Below, piece after piece: positions 16,269-26,517 of a DNA stretch of 63,121 nt (its first letter is position 1; each line of letters opens with the position of its first letter). This stretch comes from a virus. Lineage: Duplodnaviria > Heunggongvirae > Uroviricota > Caudoviricetes. The stretch lies in IMG/VR virus record IMGVR_UViG_3300032307_000691; one strand, written 5' to 3'. The translations under genes and the position numbers were made by a program. The notes under the pieces were generated by a model that saw only the letters and a list, made by a program, of their open reading frames with translations, was not told the origin of the DNA and searched no databases.

Positions 16269-17954
16269 TTAGTTTTCTCGTCTTTCGCCTGCGGTGTAAT
16301 GGTCAAACCTATCATGTCTGATTGGTGATAACATCAAAACCGCCGGTTTAATAAGTCCTTTTCTAATCATTTGAAAAGTATTACTCATCCATGTCTGTTC
16401 AAAAGGATGATTCCACTTCGTCTCCAAGAAAACTTTATTATTACCATCTCTTGACATCCATAGGGGCCAGTTACAATAATGAACCTCGCCCTCAATATAC
16501 GTGACATCATGATATTTTTTCATGATACCAAATTTGGTTCTTGGTGCGTCGGGGTCAAGACCTCTAACAGGTAAGTGTTTCTTCTCAGGGAAATACTCTT
16601 CTCGAACACTTTGTGGTACATTATACCATGCCCATTGAACCATATTGTCACCATAGAATTCAGAAAATGAAAGTTTTAAATAATCATACTCATTTTCGTA
16701 AATTATTCTCAGTGTTTTGTTGAATAAATTATCCTTATACCTCGGGAATCCTGATACACATAGGTCAGTTGTTTTTGTATGTAAAAACATATCATCCTCA
16801 AAGAAGATATAGTAATCCGAATCACTTTCATCAAAATGTTCGGCAACCCATTGTCTTCCTCCACAAATCCCAATATTATCGAAGTGATACATCTCAAAAC
16901 CATATTTGGTGCAAATTCTATTGTATTCACCGTCGGTGGTTCTATCAATTGAATTGTTAACCAATACCTTCCTTGGTTTATCTAAAAAGTTACTATCAAC
17001 TTCTTCAAATGATTTACATAATGTTTCAAATTGATTTGGTGAATTGTACGTTAGAACATAAAGTGTTGTTTTTACTTCTGAGAATGGTTTCAAACCTCTT
17101 GATGTTTTTTTAACCCTCTCTTTAATTCCTTTTAAGTTTTCAAAGAATGGCCATACCAATCCATTACCTTCAATTTCAAAACGATTAATTAAATCGGGAT
17201 GTTTGTGACAGAGAATCGTGAATAAACATTCATCGGCACCCATGTATCCTGCATTTATTGTTGTATCCAAAATATTGTAGTACAACATATTCATTTGTGC
17301 AATCAAAGATTTTTTACCACCAAAGAAACCACCACGAGCAACATAATCAACAAAATCAACACCACAATATTCGGCCATTTTCTTTCGTTCAAAACCATGT
17401 ATCTCATCATTTGCGGTGTATGGATATGTTATGAAGGTAAATTTCTCGTATAAATCAGAATAGTAATCCAAATTATCCAATACCTTATCTCTTGAGAAAT
17501 AACCCGGATTAACTGTTGAGGATAATCCACCATCCATCCAAAAATAATAATCGGAATTGAATGGATTATAAATCATTGTATCATGAACCATAAACATTTT
17601 ACACATCATCATTGGATTATAATATTCCAATGCTGCTTGTGGTGATTCTGATAACCAACCAGCAAAATTATACCAATCGGGATTAGTTCTTATTGATTGT
17701 AATTTATCGAAAAAAGGAAACCACGTTTTAAAGTCTTCAACTTCTTTGATATAAACTTTAGTATTGTCTTTACTCCTTATTTTCCACACATCCTCTTCTA
17801 AATCTTTTGGTATCCAAATTGCCATAAATGCATCGGCTTTTAGTGTTTCCAAAAACTTTTCTTTGTAGGTATTAAAATCTCTTTTACCCCATCCATCAAT
17901 TGAACCTCTTCCGAGGTCCCATAAACCTGTTACTATTGTTACGTTACGATTCAT
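16269..17954 (-). CDS. HtrL/YibB (WlaTC)-like glycosyltransferase fused to a GT-A-like domain
   Basis: TIVTGLWDLGR, YFWMDGG, GGFFGG, YIFFEDD. Confidence 0.75.
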   Translation of the reverse strand: MNRNVTIVTGLWDLGRGSIDGWGKRDFNTYKEKFLETLKADAFMAIWIPKDLEEDVWKIRSKDNTKVYIKEVEDFKTWFPFFDKLQSIRTNPDWYNFAGWLSESPQAALEYYNPMMMCKMFMVHDTMIYNPFNSDYYFWMDGGLSSTVNPGYFSRDKVLDNLDYYSDLYEKFTFITYPYTANDEIHGFERKKMAEYCGVDFVDYVARGGFFGGKKSLIAQMNMLYYNILDTTINAGYMGADECLFTILCHKHPDLINRFEIEGNGLVWPFFENLKGIKERVKKTSRGLKPFSEVKTTLYVLTYNSPNQFETLCKSFEEVDSNFLDKPRKVLVNNSIDRTTDGEYNRICTKYGFEMYHFDNIGICGGRQWVAEHFDESDSDYYIFFEDDMFLHTKTTDLCVSGFPRYKDNLFNKTLRIIYENEYDYLKLSFSEFYGDNMVQWAWYNVPQSVREEYFPEKKHLPVRGLDPDAPRTKFGIMKKYHDVTYIEGEVHYCNWPLWMSRDGNNKVFLETKWNHPFEQTWMSNTFQMIRKGLIKPAVLMLSPIRHDRFDHYTAGERREN

Positions 17955-17955
17955 T

Positions 17956-18915
17956 TTAAAACTTAAAATTTAATGTCATTCCTTCATGTGTACCAATTTT
18001 GAATATTTTAGTTGGGTCATTCTCAGGTGAGAATTCTAACATTAAGAATTTTCTTGTCATGTGTATTGGGTCTCCTCCCATTGTGTTGTTATCAATATGG
18101 ATATTGAATAACATATTGTCCTCCTTCTCAAGTAGTACGGAAACAATGTCCGTCACATCATTGGTCACATCTAAAACTGAGTTTGTGTAACCCTCATCAA
18201 TTTCAAAACTCGGGGTACCGTAAGTTGCTTTATGTAAAACAATTTTTTGTCCTTCATAACCCGAACCTGTTTTATACCACGACTCATCAATATTTGTGAC
18301 ATAAGGGTTATATGTAAATTTATACCACTCAAAATTATTAACCCCCGTTACCCCTTCATTTAACCAAGCTTCATATGCCCATCTGGTGCCCATTGAAACC
18401 TCGTTTGTTCTTTGGAGGTGTTTACTTTGGGTCCACCAAAAGTTTCCCCAAAACCACCCTCCATTACAGGTGACACCAACGTTATCATATTCATCCAATT
18501 TTTTTACGGATTCTTCCCACTTGTCAATTAAAAAATATTCCAAACACTCCTTCCATGATAGAATATTATTAATCTTTTCAGTGGAAATCTCTTTAGATTC
18601 GTATTTTGAATATGTGTTACTTACCCCTTTTGTGTGAAAGTAAAAAATCTTAGTGTCCTTCGACAATCCAATTTCTCTAACTTTTTTCACCGCAGGATAT
18701 TCAGCTCCGTTATTGACAAAAAATTCTTTATTTAGTTTTGAATAATCTTTGGTTAGTTCATTAAACTCTTCTTCGGTCCCTTCGGATAAATTTATTGTAA
18801 CGTGAATTGAATCCGCAGCATCATATAATCCCGAATCCTTTAATCTTAATAGTTGAGATGAAACAATTTGTTTCCAATTCCCAACCAAATAACAATGGTA
18901 AACTATATCAATCAT
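17956..18915 (-). CDS. Putative glycosyltransferase with C-terminal lectin-like domain
   Basis: YFHTKGVS, GNFWW; ATYG...DVTDIV. Confidence 0.6.
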   Translation of the reverse strand: MIDIVYHCYLVGNWKQIVSSQLLRLKDSGLYDAADSIHVTINLSEGTEEEFNELTKDYSKLNKEFFVNNGAEYPAVKKVREIGLSKDTKIFYFHTKGVSNTYSKYESKEISTEKINNILSWKECLEYFLIDKWEESVKKLDEYDNVGVTCNGGWFWGNFWWTQSKHLQRTNEVSMGTRWAYEAWLNEGVTGVNNFEWYKFTYNPYVTNIDESWYKTGSGYEGQKIVLHKATYGTPSFEIDEGYTNSVLDVTNDVTDIVSVLLEKEDNMLFNIHIDNNTMGGDPIHMTRKFLMLEFSPENDPTKIFKIGTHEGMTLNFKF

Positions 18916-20238
18916 TTATTTCTTTTTAATAACACTTGTTATACTCCAATCAGGTTTTGATTGATAAATCTCTACCGATTCAATATTTTCATTTAAGTAC
19001 TTAATTTCATCTTCAGTCATATAATCTGAATGAATTACACCGGTATTTTGGAAATCCTTTAACATATTAAGAGTGATAGTTTTATCCGGGTCACCCCAAC
19101 CGCACCATGATTTTTCCGGCATGGTAACCTCTAAACTTGTATGCAAATCTTCGATGATGAACAACCCGCCCGATTTTAATGACTTAAACATTTTGGCAAA
19201 CGTAATTTGTTGGTCATACATTTTATGTGAACCATCATCTAAAATGACATCAATGTCATCGTGTTGAGATGAGAATTCTTCAATGTCTCCAATGTTTGAT
19301 TGGTCCATGTTAAGTAATATCAATCTATCTCTATTAACGGAACCCAATTTGTTATCTGCGTTTTCGGGCGTTATATCCAAACCATAAATCTCAGCATTAG
19401 TAAAATAATCTCTCCATAATCTAATAGATTCCCCATCATAAATTCCAACCTCAACAAACTTTTTAACTTCTTGTCTTATTGGTTTAAACAACTCACTATA
19501 AATCAAATTGAAGAAATCATGTTCGTGATGTTTATCCGTCATGTAGTGGTCGATGATATCAAGAATTTCTAAACCTTCAGGTTTGGTTATGTTGAAGATG
19601 GAGTAATAAGCGGTATCTAACGTTCTGTTTTTAACCAACCCGTATGAGAATGCATGGAAAATAAAGTTTTTATTTTGGAGGTCTCGAAAAACCCTACCGT
19701 TTAAAACTTTATTATCGATTATCTTAATGTTTGAATTATATCCTTCATTATCGTAAAGGTACCCAAAACAAGTTTGGTCATGCCATAAACCATTATTATA
19801 GAACCCCTTTGGTTGACCGTTTGGACCCATCAATTCATTACTTACATCCCACCATCTTTGAAGGAATCCTTTTGTCCATTCACTGTTTTTAAATAAAAGG
19901 ACACCCGCATTCATTCTGCTTGGTCCGTGGTCCATGGTGACAACACAATCATAACCCTCATGAATAAAATCCTCAATTCTATAGGAGTTATCACTCACAA
20001 TTGCATCTGCATCTAAAAACAGAACATAATCCGGATTGTGTTCCGCAATAACCTCTAATAAAAATTTTGGTTTATACCATGTAAAAGACCTACCGGTAAT
20101 TGAACTCTTTATCTTTTCATCATTTTCCTCTACGTGATAGATGTAATTCTGCTCATCACAATATTTTTCATTAATTGCTCTTGTATATTTTGCGTAGGAC
20201 AGGTTCTTTGTCCAAAATTGTGCAACTACAATTTTCAT
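18916..20238 (-). CDS. GT34 (GMA12/MNN10)-like glycosyltransferase fused to class I SAM methyltransferase
   Basis: FLDADA, MNAGV, HDQ; VEVGIYDG, ILDDGSH, IIEDLH. Confidence 0.8.
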   Translation of the reverse strand: MKIVVAQFWTKNLSYAKYTRAINEKYCDEQNYIYHVEENDEKIKSSITGRSFTWYKPKFLLEVIAEHNPDYVLFLDADAIVSDNSYRIEDFIHEGYDCVVTMDHGPSRMNAGVLLFKNSEWTKGFLQRWWDVSNELMGPNGQPKGFYNNGLWHDQTCFGYLYDNEGYNSNIKIIDNKVLNGRVFRDLQNKNFIFHAFSYGLVKNRTLDTAYYSIFNITKPEGLEILDIIDHYMTDKHHEHDFFNLIYSELFKPIRQEVKKFVEVGIYDGESIRLWRDYFTNAEIYGLDITPENADNKLGSVNRDRLILLNMDQSNIGDIEEFSSQHDDIDVILDDGSHKMYDQQITFAKMFKSLKSGGLFIIEDLHTSLEVTMPEKSWCGWGDPDKTITLNMLKDFQNTGVIHSDYMTEDEIKYLNENIESVEIYQSKPDWSITSVIKKK

Positions 20239-20250
20239 ATATTTTCTTTA

Positions 20251-21507
20251 TTATGATAAGTATCCCTCAATTCTTTCACACCATCCCTTTGATGTTGAAT
20301 ATGGCCAAACCACCCATTTTTTAGGTTTACCGTCGGAATTGAATGTTCTCCACACTTTATAGTAGTTATCACCAAAATCTGATTGGATTCTCTTTAATTC
20401 ATTTGAGTCGACATCTTGTCGATAAATGGTTTCACCCTTTTCGTTTTCAAATGCTACGACCCAAAATTCATAATCTGTTTCAGGTACTTGATTTGGATAT
20501 ACATCAATACAATGTTTGAATATTGTTAAAAATGATTTTTCATATTCCTCAACAGGTAATACCGGGTTAGGTGGTAATTTAAAATCTAATGTATATTGTT
20601 GTACTCCTCTTTTCTTAAATGAGATTCCGGCATATTGTTCATACTGTTCAAGTGTACGAACTTTACCAAAATCATAAATTCCGAAGTCAATATCTTTAAC
20701 CTCACCATCCATTTCAAATAGTTTTCTATTTCTTTTGTGACATTCGGTATTCTTATGGTGCCATGATTTATCGTCATCCCACTGTTTAGTTCTTCCCTTA
20801 CGAGTGTATTCGTGCCATGCGATAATTTTATGTGGGTGAAATAAATCGTACCCCCAAGTGTACGCCCTGACTGCGATTGAAATTTCTTCTCCATGGAAAT
20901 AATAATTTGGGTCATGAGGAACCTCGACCGCAAATTGACCAAGTGTAAAACAGAAATGTGCCGAATAGAATCGAGAAGGTATCGGTTCGGTTAGTTCTTT
21001 ATAGTTATCGATTGAGGCCGGTAAAAAGAATATCGCACCTTCAGGAATAAATCTATCAAAATTCATCTTCCACGGAATCTGTGTTCTTCCCGCTGGGTCA
21101 TTATCGGGGTCAAAAGAAGAAATGTAAGATGTTAATAGTGGCTTTTCGTGTCCCTTCTCTTGTAATTGCTTTATCATCCCAATACACTCAACGTCCCAAT
21201 CCTGAATAAATCGATGATGGGAATCTAATTGAAGCGTGTATTCTTCATAATCGTATTGTTGTTGTAATAAGTTTCTCGCCCAACAAGCCCCCTTTGATAA
21301 TTTGTAATTGATGTCGACGATTTTAAATCTCGGGTCGTTCTTAAATTCGTCCATGTTATCCCATTCATCTTCTGTTGAGTGTTGCCAAGCAATGGAAAAC
21401 ACTAAGTTCTCGGGGTATTTTGCTTTCTCAATACAATCTTTAATGGTGGGCACTAATTGTGGGTCTCTATAGGACGCAATCTGAATAAAAATTTTATCTT
21501 TCTTCAC
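20251..21507 (-). CDS. GT60-like (Skp1-type) GlcNAc transferase
   Basis: IFIQIASYRDPQL, GACWAR, LQLDSHHRF, FHGEE. Confidence 0.85.
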   Translation of the reverse strand: MKKDKIFIQIASYRDPQLVPTIKDCIEKAKYPENLVFSIAWQHSTEDEWDNMDEFKNDPRFKIVDINYKLSKGACWARNLLQQQYDYEEYTLQLDSHHRFIQDWDVECIGMIKQLQEKGHEKPLLTSYISSFDPDNDPAGRTQIPWKMNFDRFIPEGAIFFLPASIDNYKELTEPIPSRFYSAHFCFTLGQFAVEVPHDPNYYFHGEEISIAVRAYTWGYDLFHPHKIIAWHEYTRKGRTKQWDDDKSWHHKNTECHKRNRKLFEMDGEVKDIDFGIYDFGKVRTLEQYEQYAGISFKKRGVQQYTLDFKLPPNPVLPVEEYEKSFLTIFKHCIDVYPNQVPETDYEFWVVAFENEKGETIYRQDVDSNELKRIQSDFGDNYYKVWRTFNSDGKPKKWVVWPYSTSKGWCERIEGYLS

Positions 21508-21613
21508 AGTATTATATTTTTATACTAAAAATATCATTTTATCGAAGAATAGTAAACCATTGTTTTGAAATTTAAAATTTTTTATGTATATTAGGTAAAA
21601 GACCGAAACAACA

Positions 21614-21997
21614 ATGAATAGAATATATCAACCTCTTGTATTATTAAGAGCCAACGAAATAATGGAGGTTTTAGATGAAACCCATTTCTTTGAGGATTAT
21701 GAAATTGAGGATAAGACATATGCAAGGAATTACCTTTGTGATGTTCTGACTCAAAAATTCATAACGGGAGATTTAAGTGAGGATGACCCGATGTTCACAG
21801 ATGAAGAAATGGACAAGTGTTTGAGAGAAATCGTTGCGGGTACTTATCTTGATGAATTACAAAAGGAAGGGATTATTGATTCTATAGAAGGTTCAGATAA
21901 CGAAGAAAGATTTTTCTTAACTGATTTTGGTAAAAAATTAGCTAAAGAAATAGAAAATCAAGATAAGAAAAAATCAAAAGGAAAAAAATCAACTTAA
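21614..21997 (+). CDS. Hypothetical protein (possible winged helix)
   Basis: C-terminal LQKEGII...FFLTDFG. Confidence 0.6.
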   Translation: MNRIYQPLVLLRANEIMEVLDETHFFEDYEIEDKTYARNYLCDVLTQKFITGDLSEDDPMFTDEEMDKCLREIVAGTYLDELQKEGIIDSIEGSDNEERFFLTDFGKKLAKEIENQDKKKSKGKKST

Positions 21998-22747
21998 TTC
22001 AAAAGTATCCATAAAATCATTACCTGATTTTTTATAACTTTCTTTTGTCTCATCCTTTGGATTTTCGGTGTATTGCCAATTCCATGATAATTCGTCCCTA
22101 ACATCAAAACCAAAGAAACTAAGTACTTGTTTTTGAATGTCAACTACGTTCTTACCATTCCAGTTTTGACCTATAGCAATTATACCACACGAGGTGTCCT
22201 TTAAAAGATTGGATTCACCTAAAGTTGTGTGTCTATTTTCTAACCACGTCAATCTTTCAATTAAATTTTGGTAGATGGCATTCATTTGTCCCCATCTGAT
22301 TGAACCGAAGAACACAACCGCATCAGATTCGAATAAAACCTTGCTAATTTTCCATAGTTCATCGTCGGGATTATTAATACTTCTCCAACATCTGTGGTGA
22401 CCGGTAGGGTTCTTATCTTTATCTTTTAGAGACGATTTCTTTAAACCACATTCATTACCTTTCATATGAGATACATTTCCCTCACATGTGTAAATCTTTA
22501 AATCGGGTACCTCAATCAAAGTACATTTATTTTTACCCAAATATGATTGTACCGCCTTTGCTAACTTTGTTGATTTAGGTTCCTCATCTAATTCTTTTAC
22601 TGCCCATCCACCTCTATTAGATGTGGTTAAAAACAACACTTTCTCCTTACCCTCTAAAAACTTAACAGTTTTAATTAAGTTTTTATAACTCGGGTCGGAT
22701 TTTTTTAACGATGGGTCAATATCTTCAACTAATTGTGTTAAGTTCAT
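21989..22747 (-). CDS. Flavodoxin-like / NADPH-dependent FMN reductase family
   Basis: TTSNR, SDAVVFFGSIRWG, IERLTW. Confidence 0.8.
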   Translation of the reverse strand: MNLTQLVEDIDPSLKKSDPSYKNLIKTVKFLEGKEKVLFLTTSNRGGWAVKELDEEPKSTKLAKAVQSYLGKNKCTLIEVPDLKIYTCEGNVSHMKGNECGLKKSSLKDKDKNPTGHHRCWRSINNPDDELWKISKVLFESDAVVFFGSIRWGQMNAIYQNLIERLTWLENRHTTLGESNLLKDTSCGIIAIGQNWNGKNVVDIQKQVLSFFGFDVRDELSWNWQYTENPKDETKESYKKSGNDFMDTFELS

Positions 22748-23079
22748 TACTTATCTTTCTTTTCTTCAATTTGATTAGATTGATATCTAATCCTTTTGTG
22801 TTCTTTAATCTTCTCTTTTAACTGTTTAACGTTCTTGTGAGCGTCTGAAAGAGATTGTGATATATTCTTTACTCTACCTCCGCAAAGGGTGTTCAGACCC
22901 TCCGGTATAGAACTCTCAACCTTACGAAGTTCTTTAACTGTCTCAATCAATTGGTTTTCCAATTCCTCCAATTTGTATTGAACCTTATTATAATCCTCTC
23001 TGCGTACTCTTTTCGTTTCCTCCGAAAGGATATTTCTAATGGCTTCCATTACCACTTCCTCGTTGATTTTCTGTATCAT
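22747..23079 (-). CDS. Coiled-coil hypothetical protein
   Basis: Heptad pattern. Confidence 0.7.
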   Translation of the reverse strand: MIQKINEEVVMEAIRNILSEETKRVRREDYNKVQYKLEELENQLIETVKELRKVESSIPEGLNTLCGGRVKNISQSLSDAHKNVKQLKEKIKEHKRIRYQSNQIEEKKDK

Positions 23080-23171
23080 AATACTATAAATACTTTGGTT
23101 CGACTGTTTTTTTAAATGGATTTTATTTCTTATATTTCATTAAAAGATAACAACATAAAACACATTTCTGT

Positions 23172-24209
23172 ATGGAATTATTTGATTTTGATGACATTCT
23201 CATCCAACCGGCAACTGTATCCGATATACGGTCACGAAGTGAGATAAGTGCCAGATATGGTGAAATGTTACCACTTTTTACCGCGCCGATGGATACGGTC
23301 ATTTCTAAAGACAATAAAGAGGTTTTTAAAACTAACGGCATAATGCCAATCCTACCAAGGATTAAACAACCAAATCTTGATTACACATCCACTTCGGAGT
23401 TCTTATCATATAGTTTAGAAGATTTCCAAAGAATCTTTATACATTCAACACCAACAGTACACAATGAGTTACCCATGTTGGCACTAATTGACATTGCGAA
23501 TGGTCACATGTCCGATTTAATTAAAACATCAAAAACCGCAAAGAACAAATATGGTGATGGTTTAAAATTAATGGTGGGTAATATTGCTAGTCCTGATACA
23601 TTTATTGAATATTGTAATGCGGGTGTTGATTTCGTTAGAATTGGTATCGGCAATGGTAACGGGTGTTTAACCACAGTACAAACAGGTGTGGGTTATCCTA
23701 TGGCAAGTTTGATTGAAGGTTGTGTAAAGTTCCGTAAAACAAATAGTTGGGCACATAATACAAAAATCGTCGCGGATGGTGGATTCAAAAAATACTCTGA
23801 CATTATCAAGGCGTTAGCGATGGGTGCCGATTATGTCATGTTGGGTTCTATTTTAAACAAAGCACTTGAAAGTTCGGGTGAAACAACTAAAGAGGACGGT
23901 ACAGTTATAAATCAATATTCTGAAAATTCTTTAGAAATGTTTAATGTTGATATACCATTGTACAAAGTATTTCGAGGCATGAGCACTAAAGAAGTTCAAA
24001 AAGACTGGGGTAAAACCGACCTAACGACTTCGGAGGGTGTTGTTCGTAAAAACCAAGTTGAGTACACGGTATCAGGATGGGCCCATAACTTTGAGTCGTA
24101 TTTAAAATCTGCAATGAGTTATACCGCAAAAAAAGAACTCCATCATTTTATTGGCGGAGTTCAGTACAATAAGATTACAATTAATTCCTTTAGGAGATTT
24201 GATAAATAA
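23172..24209 (+). CDS. guaC: GMP reductase / IMP dehydrogenase family
   Basis: FDDILIQP, APMDTV, DIANGH, GIGNGNGCLT (catalytic Cys), VADGG, GADYVMLG; no CBS domains. Confidence 0.85.
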   Translation: MELFDFDDILIQPATVSDIRSRSEISARYGEMLPLFTAPMDTVISKDNKEVFKTNGIMPILPRIKQPNLDYTSTSEFLSYSLEDFQRIFIHSTPTVHNELPMLALIDIANGHMSDLIKTSKTAKNKYGDGLKLMVGNIASPDTFIEYCNAGVDFVRIGIGNGNGCLTTVQTGVGYPMASLIEGCVKFRKTNSWAHNTKIVADGGFKKYSDIIKALAMGADYVMLGSILNKALESSGETTKEDGTVINQYSENSLEMFNVDIPLYKVFRGMSTKEVQKDWGKTDLTTSEGVVRKNQVEYTVSGWAHNFESYLKSAMSYTAKKELHHFIGGVQYNKITINSFRRFDK

Positions 24210-24458
24210 TTAAACGGTGAACTCTTTGTCCTCTGCGTCAGAGAGTTCTCCATCTCTTTTCATTCCTTCTTTAATGTAACTTCTAATAAGTTTGGATACT
24301 GTCATGTTTTTACTGTCAGCAACCTTTTCAATTTCCTTAAAATAAGCTGGTACTACTCTAAATGATAACATTTGGACAAGTTGTTTATGTTTTGGAACCT
24401 CTTGACCAACTTTATCTTCTTCTAAATTATTCAAATCCATATGGAGACTATTTTTCAA
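24210..24458 (-). CDS. Ribbon-helix-helix DNA-binding protein
   Basis: MLSFRV...IEKVADSKNMTVSKLIRSYI. Confidence 0.7.
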   Translation of the reverse strand: MKNSLHMDLNNLEEDKVGQEVPKHKQLVQMLSFRVVPAYFKEIEKVADSKNMTVSKLIRSYIKEGMKRDGELSDAEDKEFTV

Positions 24459-24516
24459 TAAATATTTGGTAATATAGAAATGTTTCCGTATATTTTAAAT
24501 ACTAAAGTGTAAATAT

Positions 24517-24873
24517 ATGTCAGAAGAAAAACAACCAGTCGATGCAGTAAAATACTGTGAAGAAAATTATCCCGAAACCACCTCGGAGTTTAAAAAAATC
24601 TTAAAAGAACAATATACTTTGTTCTGCAAGAAACAGATGAATTATGGTCCTGACAACATCTCGGTTGGGACGAGGTTATCAACTCCTGAAGAAGTAAAAC
24701 TATCTCAAACAGGTTTATGGTTTAGAATGAACGATAAAATCCAACGACTTAAACAATTAGTTCTATTAGGTAAGGAAGACACTGTTGGGGAAAGCGTAAT
24801 GGACACATATTCAGATTTATCGGTATATGGAATCATTGCCCAAATCGTCGTTAAGGGTAAATGGGGGAAATAA
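24517..24873 (+). CDS. Nucleotide-modification-associated domain 1 (DUF1599-like)
   Basis: KQMNYG, RMNDKIQRL, ESVMDTYSDLSVYGII. Confidence 0.8.
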   Translation: MSEEKQPVDAVKYCEENYPETTSEFKKILKEQYTLFCKKQMNYGPDNISVGTRLSTPEEVKLSQTGLWFRMNDKIQRLKQLVLLGKEDTVGESVMDTYSDLSVYGIIAQIVVKGKWGK

Positions 24874-24972
24874 TCCTTCTTTATAAAAAAGGTAGGGGGG
24901 GGGGGGGTAGTTTTCTGCTCCCCTTTATTTTTAAAATGAAGTGATAAAATATTTATAAGAAACGAAAGGGAT

Positions 24973-25332
24973 ATGAAAATAGACGTAAATCATCCAGCAT
25001 TTGTCACTTTTTTGGAAACGGTCAATTCCAATATATTAAACAATGTAAATCCTGAAAAATACTTCTCACTTACTAAGGAGAAGAAATTGAGTTTGCAGTA
25101 TTTAACATTGAAGATGATTATCCAATCGGTAAAGGTTAGAGCCAAATTAACCGATGGAGAATTGTATGAATTTACCGAGATTTTAAAGGATAAGGGGGTA
25201 GAATCGGAAAATTACGAGTTTGCAGGGGTTCTGAATGATATATTAACGAACTTCGACATACTAAATGAAATGACTAAAACAGGTAGGAGACAGAAGAGGA
25301 CGGTAAAAACAGATAAAACCACAAATGAGTAA
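24973..25332 (+). CDS. Hypothetical protein
   Basis: 119-aa ORF, upstream TATTTATA. Confidence 0.7.
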   Translation: MKIDVNHPAFVTFLETVNSNILNNVNPEKYFSLTKEKKLSLQYLTLKMIIQSVKVRAKLTDGELYEFTEILKDKGVESENYEFAGVLNDILTNFDILNEMTKTGRRQKRTVKTDKTTNE

Positions 25333-25720
25333 ACGTGATATTGATTTCGAGTTAAAAAAATCTTACGCCAAACATGCTTTAAAATGGTGTGAAGATAACC
25401 TCGGTATCAATACAAGAAAACGTAAAAAACTCTTATTGGTAATGAGTCCAAGAAAGAGAACTCAAGGTAAGTTTGTTTATTACGGAAATTACTGTTTATA
25501 TAAAAACCAAATAACAATTTACATCAATAATTGCGACACGCTGAAAAATTTGGTTTCAACGATAATCCACGAATACACCCACTATCTCCAACCAATGAGT
25601 AGATATAAGGAATATGAAAAGTACTATTACTACTCAACTCATCCATTTGAAAGACAGGCAAGAAGAAATGAGGTTAAGTACACTAACCCCTGTCTAAGTT
25701 CTATTAGGGGTAAACTCTAA
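25325..25720 (+). CDS. HExxH zinc metallopeptidase-like protein
   Basis: TIIHEYTHYLQ...HPFERQA. Confidence 0.7.
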   Translation: MSKRDIDFELKKSYAKHALKWCEDNLGINTRKRKKLLLVMSPRKRTQGKFVYYGNYCLYKNQITIYINNCDTLKNLVSTIIHEYTHYLQPMSRYKEYEKYYYYSTHPFERQARRNEVKYTNPCLSSIRGKL

Positions 25721-25912
25721 GACCTCAGCTTCAGGTATCAATACCAAAAATAACAGATATTTTTCTTGGGTATTGTTTTGTTTTAAAACAATGTCGCAAC
25801 CCCAATAGTCCCGTATTAAAGTAATATTTTCAGGTTTAATTTGATGTTCTTTAACCTTTCTATAAATCCAATATAGATTGTTTTGATAATTTATTAATTC
25901 CTTACAAATCAT
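25694..25912 (-). CDS. Hypothetical protein
   Basis: 72-aa ORF overlapping the upstream stop. Confidence 0.55.
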   Translation of the reverse strand: MICKELINYQNNLYWIYRKVKEHQIKPENITLIRDYWGCDIVLKQNNTQEKYLLFLVLIPEAEVLEFTPNRT

Positions 25913-26517
25913 TCGTGTTCCCTACATTTAATTTCGTGTTCTGTCCACTTCTTTGTAGGTTTTTCATTTTTAAAAAAATAACACTTGTATTTTCCACTTG
26001 TCTCAAAATAAATGTGTTTTTCTAATCCAGATGGGACAGTTGCACCTGTTGGTAATTTAATACTTTTATCGTCAAAAATCAACTCTATTTTAACCGTAAG
26101 AGGTTCTTTATCATCCCAAACTCTCTCCTGTTCCTCTAATAATCTCCACTCACCCCTATTCAAATACTGGTCCTGTAATGCACAGTTCAAATAACTAAAA
26201 GTTTGTTTTAAATTTTCCATATTATCCGAAAAGGTTGCCGCGGGTGCTAAATGTCCCTTATCGTAAATGTTTCTTGCGTAATCGGCAGCGTCTGAAGTGT
26301 GAAAACTTGATTCGGTATAGAAATCCATTGAACCCCTATTAACATTGGTAGGTCTATTTGTTGACCTATAAGTTAATTCTATTGGTTGTTCTAATCTTTG
26401 GGAGTATTTAACTTCAAATATTGATTTTTTTACATGTACTATATCTATTGATGTAAAAAAAGATGTTAATAGTAAAACTAATGTTGATAGTCCTAAAATC
26501 GTTGTGAGTTTTTTCAT
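25909..26517 (-). CDS. Secreted DNA/RNA non-specific endonuclease (NucA/EndA family)
   Basis: Signal peptide; YDKGHLAPAA, TFSYLN, Q...LNRGEW..LE..ER. Confidence 0.9.
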   Translation of the reverse strand: MKKLTTILGLSTLVLLLTSFFTSIDIVHVKKSIFEVKYSQRLEQPIELTYRSTNRPTNVNRGSMDFYTESSFHTSDAADYARNIYDKGHLAPAATFSDNMENLKQTFSYLNCALQDQYLNRGEWRLLEEQERVWDDKEPLTVKIELIFDDKSIKLPTGATVPSGLEKHIYFETSGKYKCYFFKNEKPTKKWTEHEIKCREHE

